Virus record (IMG/VR): IMGVR_UViG_3300044557_000151
Location: 1 to 59,722 of that record
From: a virus
Lineage: Duplodnaviria; Heunggongvirae; Uroviricota; Caudoviricetes
Reading direction: 5' to 3' (one strand)
Length of the DNA: 59,722 bases
Made by a program: the position numbers and the translations under genes. Within the stretch, counting starts at the first letter, position 1, and each line of letters begins with the position of its first letter. Of this stretch, positions 30,552 to 40,570 are shown one piece after another. The notes under the pieces were generated by a model, which had not been told where the DNA came from, ran no database searches, and saw only the letters and a list, made by a program, of their open reading frames with translations.

Positions 30552-30990
30552 TCAGCATCGTCCCGAAATGGTCAGGGTCGTTGTATTCGCTTTGGTAGAT
30601 CAATCGGCGGATCTCGCTCTGAAGCCCAACAACTTGATTATTAATCTCTTTAAGGTAGGAAGTTCCCTGTACAACTGTGAAGTCTCTGTCGCCATATGCT
30701 GGTTGATATAACTCAGCAGACGTCTTCTTAAGTTGTGTCCAGGTCAGCTTCATACCCAAGGCCATGATTTGTTTCTCAAGGCCGCTCAATTCGAAATTGA
30801 ACTGATGTGACTCAAGGTCAAAGTCAGTAAAATCGTTCTCCTCATAATTGAAAAGCTCTTTCGTTGCCGAAATTAGATAGCCTTGTAAGACTTCATCACG
30901 CTCTTCTTTTTCAATTTGAACAAGATCGTAATCATCTACTTGAGTCAGAAACAGCTCATAAATCTCATCAAAACTAGTCCCTGCACTCAT
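30544..30990 (-). CDS. Probable head-tail adaptor
   Basis: 148 aa, helical and acidic (TSFDEIYELFL...FNFELSGLE.QI.A.GM), in the usual post-capsid position. Confidence 0.5.
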   Translation of the reverse strand: MSAGTSFDEIYELFLTQVDDYDLVQIEKEERDEVLQGYLISATKELFNYEENDFTDFDLESHQFNFELSGLEKQIMALGMKLTWTQLKKTSAELYQPAYGDRDFTVVQGTSYLKEINNQVVGLQSEIRRLIYQSEYNDPDHFGTMLNG

Positions 30991-31001
30991 AGATCAATCT
31001 C

Positions 31002-31559
31002 CTATTTCGATTCGACAGCGAGTGATACATCGATATCTCGCCAGAAATCAGGGTCTGGTTCTTCCGCGTTCAGGTACTTTTCCACGAGTCCCATTTTGTT
31101 GGTGTCGTGCATTTTACCAGAACGCTTCAGACCTACGATTCGCCCAATAACCATCGTGCGAAGGTAGTTACTCTTTAATGCCTTTTCAAGTTGTTCAGTT
31201 GACAGCTTTAAAATGGCATTGTCGATCCAGTCCGTAGTCATTTCGAACTTGGTGTTAAGGTACTTCAACTTTTCTTGCAGTTCCTTTAACGCGTCAGTTG
31301 CTAGTAATGCCGCATAAATATCTTCTGTTGTGATGTCGTCTTCATAGGCAGCGCCAGCAATCAAGATTTGGAATCCTTTGAAGAACTTGCGATACTTGGT
31401 GTACATCGCTTGTAAATCACGGAACGTGATGTATGCGATATCCCCTCGTTGTTCAAAGTCAATTTCTGCATCTTGGTTTTTGGACAGGTAGTAAAAACCG
31501 CCTTCAAAATTACTAACAAGCACAATTTCTAGATCTTTATCTAATTTCTTTCTCAACAT
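31002..31559 (-). CDS. Hypothetical protein
   Basis: 185-aa ORF immediately after the major capsid gene. Confidence 0.55.
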   Translation of the reverse strand: MLRKKLDKDLEIVLVSNFEGGFYYLSKNQDAEIDFEQRGDIAYITFRDLQAMYTKYRKFFKGFQILIAGAAYEDDITTEDIYAALLATDALKELQEKLKYLNTKFEMTTDWIDNAILKLSTEQLEKALKSNYLRTMVIGRIVGLKRSGKMHDTNKMGLVEKYLNAEEPDPDFWRDIDVSLAVESK

Positions 31560-31587
31560 CTCTCACTCACTCTCTAAAATCAGATGG

Positions 31588-32568
31588 CTAGGCCATCTTG
31601 TACATGCCGTATACGGCCATCTTCAACACGGACAAGCCATACTTCTTCAGAGTTTCGAAACTCATTTGCATATCGTTGCGAAGCATGTTGTCTGGTTCGT
31701 CGGTAATTGCGTCGCCTTCCATAGCGATTGCAATGATCTTTTCGCCTTGCGGCAGAACCAACAAAGTGTTGTCATCCATTGCAAATTCGTTAGTGTTTGG
31801 CTTGTATGCTTGTGGTAAGCAGATCAACGGAACACCATCAATGCGGCCCAAGAAGCCAACGGAATTCTTTTCATCACGCATAGCGTCGGAAAGGTCAGCC
31901 TTTTTGCTTACTTTTGCCAATGCAGCACGAGTACCATAAACGGCAACTTCTTTACCGCCAGCAGCAATACCGACATGTTGTGCTAATTGTGCAAGCTTTT
32001 CAGTATCGAATTCGCCTTCTTGCTTACGAGTAGCGGTTAACAAACTGTAGGACGTTACGATTGAATCGTAAATTTGACTACCCATCTTGTTAACAAACGC
32101 GTCAGCAACCTTGTTAACCAACTTGGTCCAGTCAATGTTACCGGTTACAAATTGTTGGAATTCAGTATAAACAGCTGCACCATACCAGTCAGTTTCAACA
32201 CTGAACTTACGGCCGGTGATCGTTTGACGACGGATATCAGTATTACCGGCGGAGACCAGGCCGACAGTAATCATGCGGCTGTCTTCAACTTCAAATACGT
32301 TCTTATCGCCAAGAGCCAAGTTCTTAACATCAGCAAGGGTGTCGAATTGGTTGGTGATTAAAGTAGGTAAGACGGCGTCAATTGCTACAGAGATTAATTG
32401 GAACACTTCGTCTTTGTGTTCTTTCCATGCGTAGTAGCTGTATTCGCCACCAAGCTTTTCAAGTACAAGCTTGCGCATTGCTTCGGAACCACTTACGCCG
32501 TTTTGAGAGAAGTTACGGTTGAAGTAGACTTCTCTAGCTAAGTGTTCCAAATCTTGTTTGTTTTCCAT
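31588..32568 (-). CDS. Major capsid protein
   Basis: Start reassigned to ATG 32568 (SD AAGGAG), about 326 aa. It follows the protease and a small decoration gene; order and size match SPbeta-like capsids. Confidence 0.75.
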   Translation of the reverse strand: MENKQDLEHLAREVYFNRNFSQNGVSGSEAMRKLVLEKLGGEYSYYAWKEHKDEVFQLISVAIDAVLPTLITNQFDTLADVKNLALGDKNVFEVEDSRMITVGLVSAGNTDIRRQTITGRKFSVETDWYGAAVYTEFQQFVTGNIDWTKLVNKVADAFVNKMGSQIYDSIVTSYSLLTATRKQEGEFDTEKLAQLAQHVGIAAGGKEVAVYGTRAALAKVSKKADLSDAMRDEKNSVGFLGRIDGVPLICLPQAYKPNTNEFAMDDNTLLVLPQGEKIIAIAMEGDAITDEPDNMLRNDMQMSFETLKKYGLSVLKMAVYGMYKMA

Positions 32569-32593
32569 ATTTCTAGAGCTCCTTTTGAGGATA

Positions 32594-33052
32594 TTATTCA
32601 AATACGATGACCGTTACAGGGCCGTCATATTCACCGTGATATTCGTTATCAGCAATTGCTAAACCGATACCGTCATCACCTTCTGCCGCTTTTGCGAAAC
32701 CTAAACCGCCTGCACCGACCGTTACACGATCACCGGCAACGATTTTGGGCGCAAGATCAGCAGTCACAGAGATAGTCATGCCGGGTTCAGCGATGCGGTA
32801 AGCGCGGCCGACCTTGCCGGCCTTAAGGGTTTCTTTGGAAGGGTCGTAATCTGCATACCCATAGTCCAAAAGTGGGTTGGCAAGTAATACTTGCGCATCA
32901 GCCGCACCAGTTGCTTTTGTAGCTACACGGGATTCGCCATCTTTACCCGCTACACCCAAATGCAAGAATTGGCCGTTTTGAAGTTCTTCGCTTGCCACGA
33001 CACTTGCGATGTGGTTGTTAGCGGAGACCTTGTCTAAGAACACTAAAGTCAT
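32594..33052 (-). CDS. Probable capsid decoration/cement protein
   Basis: 152 aa, Gly/Ala-rich beta protein (ELQNGQF..LG), between the protease and capsid genes. Confidence 0.55.
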   Translation of the reverse strand: MTLVFLDKVSANNHIASVVASEELQNGQFLHLGVAGKDGESRVATKATGAADAQVLLANPLLDYGYADYDPSKETLKAGKVGRAYRIAEPGMTISVTADLAPKIVAGDRVTVGAGGLGFAKAAEGDDGIGLAIADNEYHGEYDGPVTVIVFE

Positions 33053-33069
33053 AGTTCTTTACTCCTTTA

Positions 33070-34623
33070 TTAGTGGAAGAGTCTGCTAAGCGAGCCGAAT
33101 TGACCGCCAGACTTTTCCGTTTGTTTGAAATTAAATGCTTGTACGCCGCTTACTTGTGGCGTATCTTCGTCCATAAGAGCTAACGCGATATCCTGTTTAA
33201 CTGCCGCAAAAGTCTTGGTTGCCAAATCAGTTTTGATTTCGGCCAACTTATCTTCAGACAGACGGGCTTCATAGGATTCGATTAATTGATTCTTTTCAGC
33301 TTCCTGAGTAGTTGCTTGGAATTCACGGAGTTCCGTGTTTTCAGCAGTCAGGGATTGAACAGATGCTTGTAAAGTTTGAAGTTGATCCCGTTGTTCTGCG
33401 GTAATGAATTGTAAAAAGACTTCTGTTGGTTCACCCAATTTCACATTTCCGGAATCAACGGAATAAGGAGCTTCAAAGAATTTGCTTTCTCCATTCTTTT
33501 CATAGCTACGGTAAATCACGCGATCCTTATATAGTTCTGTAACGAACGCATAACCATCTGCGGAATTCTCAAATGATTCTTCGATCTTCTCTCGAATTTC
33601 GTTATAAGATAATTCACCATTAATCAATGCAAACTTCTTGCACTTCTTTTTGAACTTGTCGTCTTCAGATGGTTTCGGATCTTCCTTATCGTCAGACTTA
33701 GACTTGTCGTTAACCTTCTTAGGATCATCCTTTTGGTCGTCGGCTTTTGGATCTTTGTCCTTATCTTCAGAATCAGTAGACTTGGGATCTTCTGTTTTTG
33801 GTTCTTCAACCTTCTTGTCGCCTGACGCATCATCAGATTTCTTTGCTTTATCTTCCTCGGATGCGTCGGTCTTCTTGGACTTATCATCTTCAGGCTTTTT
33901 AGCAAAATCATCTTTTTCTTTTTCGTCTTCGGGTTTGAAATCCTTAGACTTTGGTTCTTTTTCTGCCACGTTTTCACTTCCTTTTTCTTTGGCATATTCG
34001 GAATACATCTCACGCAATTGTTGTTTGAGTTCCGAAGCCTCAAATTGAGTGCTAATGGTGCTTCCTGCCATTCCAGGCAGAACATCATCGCCAAGGATTG
34101 TGAGTCCTTCAAAGCGACCTGTTTCGATATGGAACACACCACGGTTATCTACATTTCCGCCGATATCTGCGATTTCCATTGACTGGGACTTAGAGCCACC
34201 AGACTCATCGAAGATATCGATTGCCTTGGTAAATCTCGTCCAGAGATTACCGTATGCAACGAGCCATTCTTTTCCGTCTGAGGCGGTTTGAATTGACCAC
34301 TCGTTGTCTTCACCTACGAAACCAAATGCAACAGTTTGCATCTCGATAGAGACGTTCCCATCCTTGATGGTTACAACCTCTTCGTGGCTGCCAAAATCAC
34401 TGTCTCCGTCTTCGTTCGTTCTGATCTTCCCAAGAATTGGAATTCCTGTGAGGGTTTCCGCAAAACCTTCAAGAGATTTGCGGGAGAATGCACTTCCATT
34501 CAGGTTTTCACCTGTATGGGCAATCCAGATTTTTACCTTTTGGAATCTGGAATCCGCATTGGAAGCGCTTTCATATTTTTCGAAACGAATAGGAATGGTT
34601 TGGTTGCTTGCAGTAATTGCCAT
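33070..34623 (-). CDS. Prohead protease / scaffold fusion
   Basis: N-terminal protease-like region (KVKIWIAHTGENLNGS...QSMEI...FEGLTILG), a Lys/Asp/Glu low-complexity linker and a C-terminal coiled coil. Confidence 0.7.
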   Translation of the reverse strand: MAITASNQTIPIRFEKYESASNADSRFQKVKIWIAHTGENLNGSAFSRKSLEGFAETLTGIPILGKIRTNEDGDSDFGSHEEVVTIKDGNVSIEMQTVAFGFVGEDNEWSIQTASDGKEWLVAYGNLWTRFTKAIDIFDESGGSKSQSMEIADIGGNVDNRGVFHIETGRFEGLTILGDDVLPGMAGSTISTQFEASELKQQLREMYSEYAKEKGSENVAEKEPKSKDFKPEDEKEKDDFAKKPEDDKSKKTDASEEDKAKKSDDASGDKKVEEPKTEDPKSTDSEDKDKDPKADDQKDDPKKVNDKSKSDDKEDPKPSEDDKFKKKCKKFALINGELSYNEIREKIEESFENSADGYAFVTELYKDRVIYRSYEKNGESKFFEAPYSVDSGNVKLGEPTEVFLQFITAEQRDQLQTLQASVQSLTAENTELREFQATTQEAEKNQLIESYEARLSEDKLAEIKTDLATKTFAAVKQDIALALMDEDTPQVSGVQAFNFKQTEKSGGQFGSLSRLFH

Positions 34624-36068
34624 TACGCATTACCCTCGATTCTGTCAGTATCATCACTCGGGTTATCCGTTTTAGGCCGTCCAGCACCATTAGATGTAGG
34701 ATCACCACCAGCCCCCACGTTGTTCGCAGTAGGCTTAACAATCATCAGATCATCGATCTTCAATTGTTCTTGTTCAAACTTCAACTTGCTGTAGATTTCA
34801 ATTGGTGACATTCCCGCAGCAGCTAGGATGTCAGTTCTCGAACCACCATAAGTTAAAGCGTCTTTTAGATTCTTCATATCGTCTTGAGCTGTATAATAAC
34901 TTTGATTGAGGAATCTAATATTCCAACGCATCTTCTTGTTTTGCCGTTTAACACCATTGTTCAACTTGTAATTGTAGTAGTTAGTTAAGGCTGGCAAAAC
35001 AATCGTATACAACCAATTTGCATCCTTTTGGATAGACAGTTTTACGATGTTGGCCGAGGTTGTACTTCCACCAAACAATGGTTGCGCCACACCAAATCCT
35101 GTGAAGAGAAGGTTATTAGCTTTTTCAACCATTTCGTAACTCTTTGAGTTACCCGATCCACTCAACGGAATATTTTGCAGATCGGTTGCACTGGTAACGG
35201 CAACGACACCACTTGGGAGACTATTCTTCAACTGAGTATCGTAGGCTCTCGCCGTCTTGATACTCATAAGTGGAGTACCCTCTTTATCAGTAGGAATCTT
35301 CGAATGAACTAAACGAATAGTATCAATCTTGTCCTTGACCAAGACATTCCCTTTAGCTGTGTCTAAGTCAGATTCGTCCATCAACATAGATGCGAATGGA
35401 GAAACTGCAATACCGCCATTATTGAGAACCGTTTGGTCAAAACAGAATGCGACGGCTTTATCCGAAAGGATGTACCATTTATTGTCATACCAATCGGGAT
35501 CATCAGAAGGCACACCATTTCGATAAGTGTCGTATGCTGTCTGAATTTCCTTTGGCATAATGTTGTAGATATCAGTTTTCAATTTACTAATATCTAAACG
35601 CCATCTATATACGCCCTGATCCTGCCTAACAATACGACACCAGCTATATGGGAACTGCATGTATGCCAAGCCTTTCGTATCGGAAACTTCGTACCAATAC
35701 GAAACACCTGAGATAAATGTCTGTTCGATAAATGCTGGCGCATAGTATCGAAGGTTCAAGTTGTCTAAAACTGTGGATGTTGCTATGAAGTCATCTAAGG
35801 TTGAATCTGGAAATTCCAAGTTCTTACTCTTGTCCGACCCAATTACGGGATAAATGTTGTGATTATAAGTTAGATGCGAAAGGAAGTAGTTAATAACCCG
35901 TGATACAACACCATCTTTGTGATAAACGGCATACATGATATCGTTCAGCATCGTAGCGTTTTGAACTGGGTTATTAAGATAGGTTGAGAGTATTGCGCGA
36001 GTAGTCGAAGAAGTTTGTGAACTTAGCTTGATGTTTGATTTTGGATCAGCCATCGCTGCCGCGAACAT
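34623..36068 (-). CDS. Portal protein (true start may be further upstream, about 36122)
   Basis: About 481-499 aa, between terminase and protease. The frame stays open upstream to an ATA codon preceded by AAAGGAGGT. Confidence 0.7.
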   Translation of the reverse strand: MFAAAMADPKSNIKLSSQTSSTTRAILSTYLNNPVQNATMLNDIMYAVYHKDGVVSRVINYFLSHLTYNHNIYPVIGSDKSKNLEFPDSTLDDFIATSTVLDNLNLRYYAPAFIEQTFISGVSYWYEVSDTKGLAYMQFPYSWCRIVRQDQGVYRWRLDISKLKTDIYNIMPKEIQTAYDTYRNGVPSDDPDWYDNKWYILSDKAVAFCFDQTVLNNGGIAVSPFASMLMDESDLDTAKGNVLVKDKIDTIRLVHSKIPTDKEGTPLMSIKTARAYDTQLKNSLPSGVVAVTSATDLQNIPLSGSGNSKSYEMVEKANNLLFTGFGVAQPLFGGSTTSANIVKLSIQKDANWLYTIVLPALTNYYNYKLNNGVKRQNKKMRWNIRFLNQSYYTAQDDMKNLKDALTYGGSRTDILAAAGMSPIEIYSKLKFEQEQLKIDDLMIVKPTANNVGAGGDPTSNGAGRPKTDNPSDDTDRIEGNA

Positions 36069-36139
36069 TTCCGCTGCTTTGTTATTAAAGCGTTCAACTT
36101 CTGATTGATTCTCTGGGTTTATGACTCCTAACCTCCTTT

Positions 36140-37705
36140 CTACATGCTTCCGTTAGAGATAAACAGGAAGCCAAGCAAATCGTCGGGACCATCCGACTTA
36201 AGTTCTTTTTCCATCTCATTTGCATAGTAGTTACCATACGCAAGAGAGGAGTACCTATCCTTCGTTGCCTTCCCGACTTCCTTGATACGAACACCACTTT
36301 GGCGAACGTCATACTCAAGGTTAACTAGTTCAGTGACTAGCGCGGTTGCTTGAAGGTATGGATACATTAAACGCATTTGTTCTTCAGGCGTCTTCTTTAC
36401 AAAGCCGCCTTCATTCACCAGTTCTTCTCGCTTTTCAATATCTGAAATAGGAAGTCGAAGCTTGCCATTTTCGATATTTGCTTTGAGAGAAACGGCAATC
36501 ATGTTGTTAAAGTCAGCTGTGGCTTTAACTGAGTAGATTACCTTAGTCCCTTTCGAACCGGTTCGATTGTTTGCTTCTTCACTGTTGATTGATGCCCACG
36601 GAGGATATTCCATATCGCGATCCTTATCATACAGGATGTCGCATAATTCATCGAAAACACCAAGACCGTTCCCATTGGCGTCCATTACAACGTAGTCGGC
36701 TTCAAAGTCGTAATACAATTGTTTCAGGCGAATTGCCAAATCTTTAGTTGTGATGTTCCGTGAAATCGATTCAAGGTATAAGATATCTCTTGTATATCCA
36801 TCACCACTAGGATGGAGTCGCATCAACGTAAATGCACTCGTATCGTTTTTAACCTGTTTATTACCACCGGCCAAGGCGACGTCAAGTGCCACAAGACGAA
36901 TTTCGTTCTTTGTATCAATGCGTGGAATGTTGGACAGTACTTTCGGCTTTGATCGTTGCTTATTTGCTACGAACTCTACATCGGTTGGAGGTAGGAATGT
37001 CTTGTTTACTGTCCGAATTTTGTTCAATGGTTGGAGTTTGAAGAACGACTTATCGTTTTCTCCGACGAAGATCGCCTCGTATTCCATATTGAAAGTGGTT
37101 GGATCAAAGTTATCGGCTGTCTTAACGTCGCTAATGAGCTTTTTCGATAAAAGTCCATGGAACACAGATAATTGATATGGAAGTACGGCTACAAAGTAGC
37201 TACCACCATCCAACATTCCGTGTAGATACGTTACAAAGTAATCCCAGATCCAATGGGATTTATACCACGCCGACGAAATATAAATTTCTTTGTTCTCTTC
37301 TGTTGGGTAATTTGCATACTCAGGTTTATTCTTGAAGGCCGGAACGCGATTAACGTTCATCATTGGCTTTAGGACTTCGTCGATCATCTTTTTGTTAACA
37401 AGTCTAAATTCGTCAACAATCAAGATGTTGCAACGGAGTCCACGACTTGAATCTGTAGATGTTTCTGCTGAGATTTTTGATCCGTTTGGGAACTGAACAT
37501 ACGTTTCGTTTTGACTAACCTTAATGTTCTTGATATCCCCAATCTCATCTCTAATACGTGGATAGGTGTTATATAAGGAAACTATCTTCTCAGTGATAAT
37601 TTTCTTTGCCTGCCCCTTCGTACCAGACGCAAGCACAATTCTTGTTCCGGGATATAAGATACAGCGGATCACACAATATATGGCGATGAGGAAGCTTTTT
37701 CCTTG
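36140..37705 (-). CDS. terL: Terminase large subunit, exon 2
   Basis: Begins QGKSFLIAIYC (second half of Walker A), then SGTKGQA, Walker B ILIVDEF, the ISSAW motif and the nuclease acidic motifs LDVA and KDRYSS. Confidence 0.9.
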   Translation of the reverse strand, partial: QGKSFLIAIYCVIRCILYPGTRIVLASGTKGQAKKIITEKIVSLYNTYPRIRDEIGDIKNIKVSQNETYVQFPNGSKISAETSTDSSRGLRCNILIVDEFRLVNKKMIDEVLKPMMNVNRVPAFKNKPEYANYPTEENKEIYISSAWYKSHWIWDYFVTYLHGMLDGGSYFVAVLPYQLSVFHGLLSKKLISDVKTADNFDPTTFNMEYEAIFVGENDKSFFKLQPLNKIRTVNKTFLPPTDVEFVANKQRSKPKVLSNIPRIDTKNEIRLVALDVALAGGNKQVKNDTSAFTLMRLHPSGDGYTRDILYLESISRNITTKDLAIRLKQLYYDFEADYVVMDANGNGLGVFDELCDILYDKDRDMEYPPWASINSEEANNRTGSKGTKVIYSVKATADFNNMIAVSLKANIENGKLRLPISDIEKREELVNEGGFVKKTPEEQMRLMYPYLQATALVTELVNLEYDVRQSGVRIKEVGKATKDRYSSLAYGNYYANEMEKELKSDGPDDLLGFLFISNGSM

Positions 37706-38772
37706 CAGTTGTTATCCTGCTGGCTTTTTATCCAACAGTTCTTACGGTTTCCCGCAAGCTCGGCATATCTTTCCATCTCATTGAGATGACGCGGCCTCGT
37801 GGTAGGATTATATTCTCACAAGAGTTTCACCTACTATGCTCTGCACCTGTTAACCGTTTTACCGATTAACTTCAGCTCTGATTGGCAGTAAAGCCTTCCA
37901 GATGTTTTCCGCGTTTACGGTCTAATGTCACCACTAGACTAGGCCACTGTATTATTAATTTGAATTGCCTGGTTAAATTTACGCTCAAGATAAACCGGAG
38001 AATTCTTATATAACAGCTTTGTAAGAATTGGTGTGCTAGATACATTAGTCGCATATCTGCACTTCCATTTCTTTTCACAGTAAATATTTCCCCACACTGC
38101 GTAATTGACTAAGCTCTCTCGAATCCAATTCAGACATTCATAATTCGGATTTGTTATGGCGATACCCTTACTATCAATATGTCCATCGCCATCCACGAAA
38201 CCTCTCAAGAAGTCAAGAAAGAACTCGTCATTCACTTTTGGGTATTCTGTTTTATAAGTCTTGTTAGGAACAACATTTAACGCAATTAGGTCTTCTGCCA
38301 TTGGACGTGAATATATTCGAATAACTGAATTAGGAACTCCACCTTTAACGAATACTCCATCAATCAAGCGATCCTTCGAAATACGAGTTGCAATTTCAAT
38401 ATCTCCACCAATTGCTCTATTAAACTTTTCAAGGTGTTCACGATCAATTGAGTTTAATTCAATCGAAACTTCATAATTTCTACGTTTTGGATTAAACACC
38501 ACATATCCGTCAGCAAAGATAAATCCCAGCCAATATGCTTTTTCACGCGTGTTAATTTCCTTGAAATATCTATTATTAAAATGTTGCTTCTTCTTATCAA
38601 CACCAAGAGCCCGTCCCTTAGCACGAACCTGGCGTTCGGTTTTCTTAATTGTGTTGAATTTATTTAATTCATCTGCGATTTCTGAATACGTCATCATTGC
38701 TGCATTTTCTTTGATGTACTTCAACTCTGATTGTTCAAAAATCGTTTTAACCATGTATTCTCCTCAAACGTA
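37706..38772 (-). ncRNA. Group I intron (IA-like) in terL
   Basis: The 5' exon ends in U (CGCGGU) and the intron ends in G (ACAACUG/CAAGGA). Visible elements: P2 UCUAGUG-GUGA-CAUUAGA, P3 ACGCGG/CCGCGU, Q AAUCAGAGC, P7 GCAUA/UAUGC, P8 CAUCUCA-A-UGAGAUG, P9 CUUGCGG-GAAA-CCGUAAG. Removal restores IAARG-QGKS in frame. Confidence 0.88.
37939..38754 (-). CDS. Intron-encoded LAGLIDADG homing endonuclease
   Basis: 271 aa with two LAGLIDADG-type helices (AYWLGFIFADG and FLRGFVDGDG) and its own SD GAGGAG. Confidence 0.88.
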   Translation of the reverse strand: MVKTIFEQSELKYIKENAAMMTYSEIADELNKFNTIKKTERQVRAKGRALGVDKKKQHFNNRYFKEINTREKAYWLGFIFADGYVVFNPKRRNYEVSIELNSIDREHLEKFNRAIGGDIEIATRISKDRLIDGVFVKGGVPNSVIRIYSRPMAEDLIALNVVPNKTYKTEYPKVNDEFFLDFLRGFVDGDGHIDSKGIAITNPNYECLNWIRESLVNYAVWGNIYCEKKWKCRYATNVSSTPILTKLLYKNSPVYLERKFNQAIQINNTVA

Positions 38773-38955
38773 ACCGCGCGCTGCAATATACATAAAATGC
38801 GATACGCGTTCGATCATATATAGTAAAATCTTCTGATACAGGAACAGCTTCAAGCCTAGATACTCGGATGCAAATCGTTGTGGATTCGCTCTCCAGTACG
38901 CAACCCAGCTACGAAGGTTTGATTCACGCTTTTCAAAAACGCTAGACGTCCTCAT
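38773..38955 (-). CDS. terL: Terminase large subunit, exon 1
   Basis: YWRANPQRFASEYLGLKLFLYQKILL...IAARG is a typical TerL N-terminus. The spliced product is about 582 aa from ATG 38955. Confidence 0.85.
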
Positions 38956-39751
38956 ATAAGGATGCCACCTCCTCATCAGTTGCCTGTGAGAACAGACGCT
39001 TGATTGGAATAATGAACCACTTCTTTACGTAGGTCATAATGTTGTCTGGGTCTTCTAGGGTTGGATCTACAGTTTCAATGGGGCCGACTTCTTCAAGATG
39101 CTTGATTTTCATGCCAAGCGGCTCTTCATCGGTATCTCCCCCACTCAGAACTTGATCTAAGCCAATTTCCTTCAAATCGTCAGAGTAACTCTTTCGAAGT
39201 TGGGGGATTGACTTGTCCTTTTCTTGAATTGCTGCATCTAGTGCGTCTTTTAATTTGACATTCTGTATGTAGCGTAATTCTTCAAGACCGTTCTGAGGTG
39301 TCTTCAAGGTGGTAAGGAGATCGTAAGCTCCTTCTAATCGTTCATAGTCGATTTCTTCCAGTCCTGGACCCCATCGACGAATCATCTTTTTAGAGACTTC
39401 TTCGGGAGTTTGCTCAGGTTGGGCTACTTTTTCTTGGTTTGTCTTAGCTGTTTGAACTTGTCCAAATGCACTGTCACTAAACGTTTCGTACTCTTTCAAT
39501 CTGCTGATTGATTGTGTATATCGCCCAAATGACGGCGATTCCGAATCAAGAAGCTGTTGATACTTCTCTTCTACAAAAGGAAGATTAAGCATCGACAGTA
39601 CACGAATTACGGAATTTCTATCAGTCATGTCCGTTTTTCCTGTACAACTTCGACAAATACCAAAGCGGGAATCTAGCGATCCAGCCATCGACTTTGTGAA
39701 TTGATTATTACGTTTGCTCTGACCACAGATCACACAAGTTTTATTCGTCAT
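38942..39751 (-). CDS. Probable terminase small subunit (N-terminal CxxC...CxxC zinc motif)
   Basis: 269 aa overlapping the terL start, with CVIC and CRSC motifs. Function is inferred from position. Confidence 0.5.
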   Translation of the reverse strand: MTNKTCVICGQSKRNNQFTKSMAGSLDSRFGICRSCTGKTDMTDRNSVIRVLSMLNLPFVEEKYQQLLDSESPSFGRYTQSISRLKEYETFSDSAFGQVQTAKTNQEKVAQPEQTPEEVSKKMIRRWGPGLEEIDYERLEGAYDLLTTLKTPQNGLEELRYIQNVKLKDALDAAIQEKDKSIPQLRKSYSDDLKEIGLDQVLSGGDTDEEPLGMKIKHLEEVGPIETVDPTLEDPDNIMTYVKKWFIIPIKRLFSQATDEEVASLYEDV

Positions 39752-39950
39752 GAGCTTCCACCCGATCGGGAAATCTCTTCATATTCAACATTGCTTGAGT
39801 GATGTTCTCTTGTGTTTGTGTGTAACGTTCCAAATCGGCCATATCTTTAATGTCCCATTTGTCTTGTCTGTTAGTCAGTTCCTGAATATGGTTCATTACG
39901 AAGATAAGTTGGTTTTCCAACTTTTCCATTGGCGATTGTTGCATTACCAT
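39741..39950 (-). CDS. Hypothetical protein
   Basis: 69 aa, SD AAGGAG, overlaps the next gene. Confidence 0.6.
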   Translation of the reverse strand: MVMQQSPMEKLENQLIFVMNHIQELTNRQDKWDIKDMADLERYTQTQENITQAMLNMKRFPDRVEAHDE

Positions 39951-40261
39951 ATGAATTCTCCTTCGTTATGATGAATGGTTGTCTTGTCGAATCGAGAAGT
40001 TAGCGCAGGGGGCATACACGCTTCTCGACTGGACAAGACAACCATTCGAAATGTAATTGTCTTGTTGTGGGTTAAACCAGCCCTGCCACACCATAAGGTT
40101 TTTTGGGACGCTTACCACCAAATAATCTAAATGTTCGGGATGGTAGGTCCGTGGCTGTAAAGGAGAACTTCATAAGATCCTGATTCATACTCCGCTTCAA
40201 TTTGTAAGACTTGAGTGCTCTGGATGGTTTATGAAATTCACATTTTACTTAAATTCTTGTG

Positions 40262-40570
40262 TTAGGCTTCCTTCAGCACAGCTGGGGAAACGGTTGCTTT
40301 AACAACTGTCTTAGCTTCAACGTTGATGACGCGGCGCTTGGCTGGGTCTGCGTAGAAGGATAATTGTTTCGTATGAGCAGGAACTTCGTTCGGAGTCAAA
40401 GTTAATAAACCAACTTTTTGAACCGTGTTGCCCGCTGCCAATTCATTCTTGATTGCTTGATCATGCCAATCGATGAATTGTTCGATTGCAGTCTTGGTAA
40501 TCTTTTCACCTTCTGCGGTTGCGATTGCCTTGATACTGTCTACTAATTCTTGTTTGCCAATTTTAGTCAT
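40262..40570 (-). CDS. HU/IHF-family DNA-binding protein (TF1/YonN-like)
   Basis: KQELVDSI...ITKTAIEQFID.....I.NELAAGNTVQ..GL.TL...EVPA....V.V.A...VKA.V.PA.LKEA matches the HU fold pattern. Confidence 0.85.
   Translation of the reverse strand: MTKIGKQELVDSIKAIATAEGEKITKTAIEQFIDWHDQAIKNELAAGNTVQKVGLLTLTPNEVPAHTKQLSFYADPAKRRVINVEAKTVVKATVSPAVLKEA

Noticed and set aside
36140-38976. terL as a frameshifted pseudogene or two separate genes
   Set aside because: The intervening sequence has group I core elements, and precise removal restores the Walker A motif in frame.
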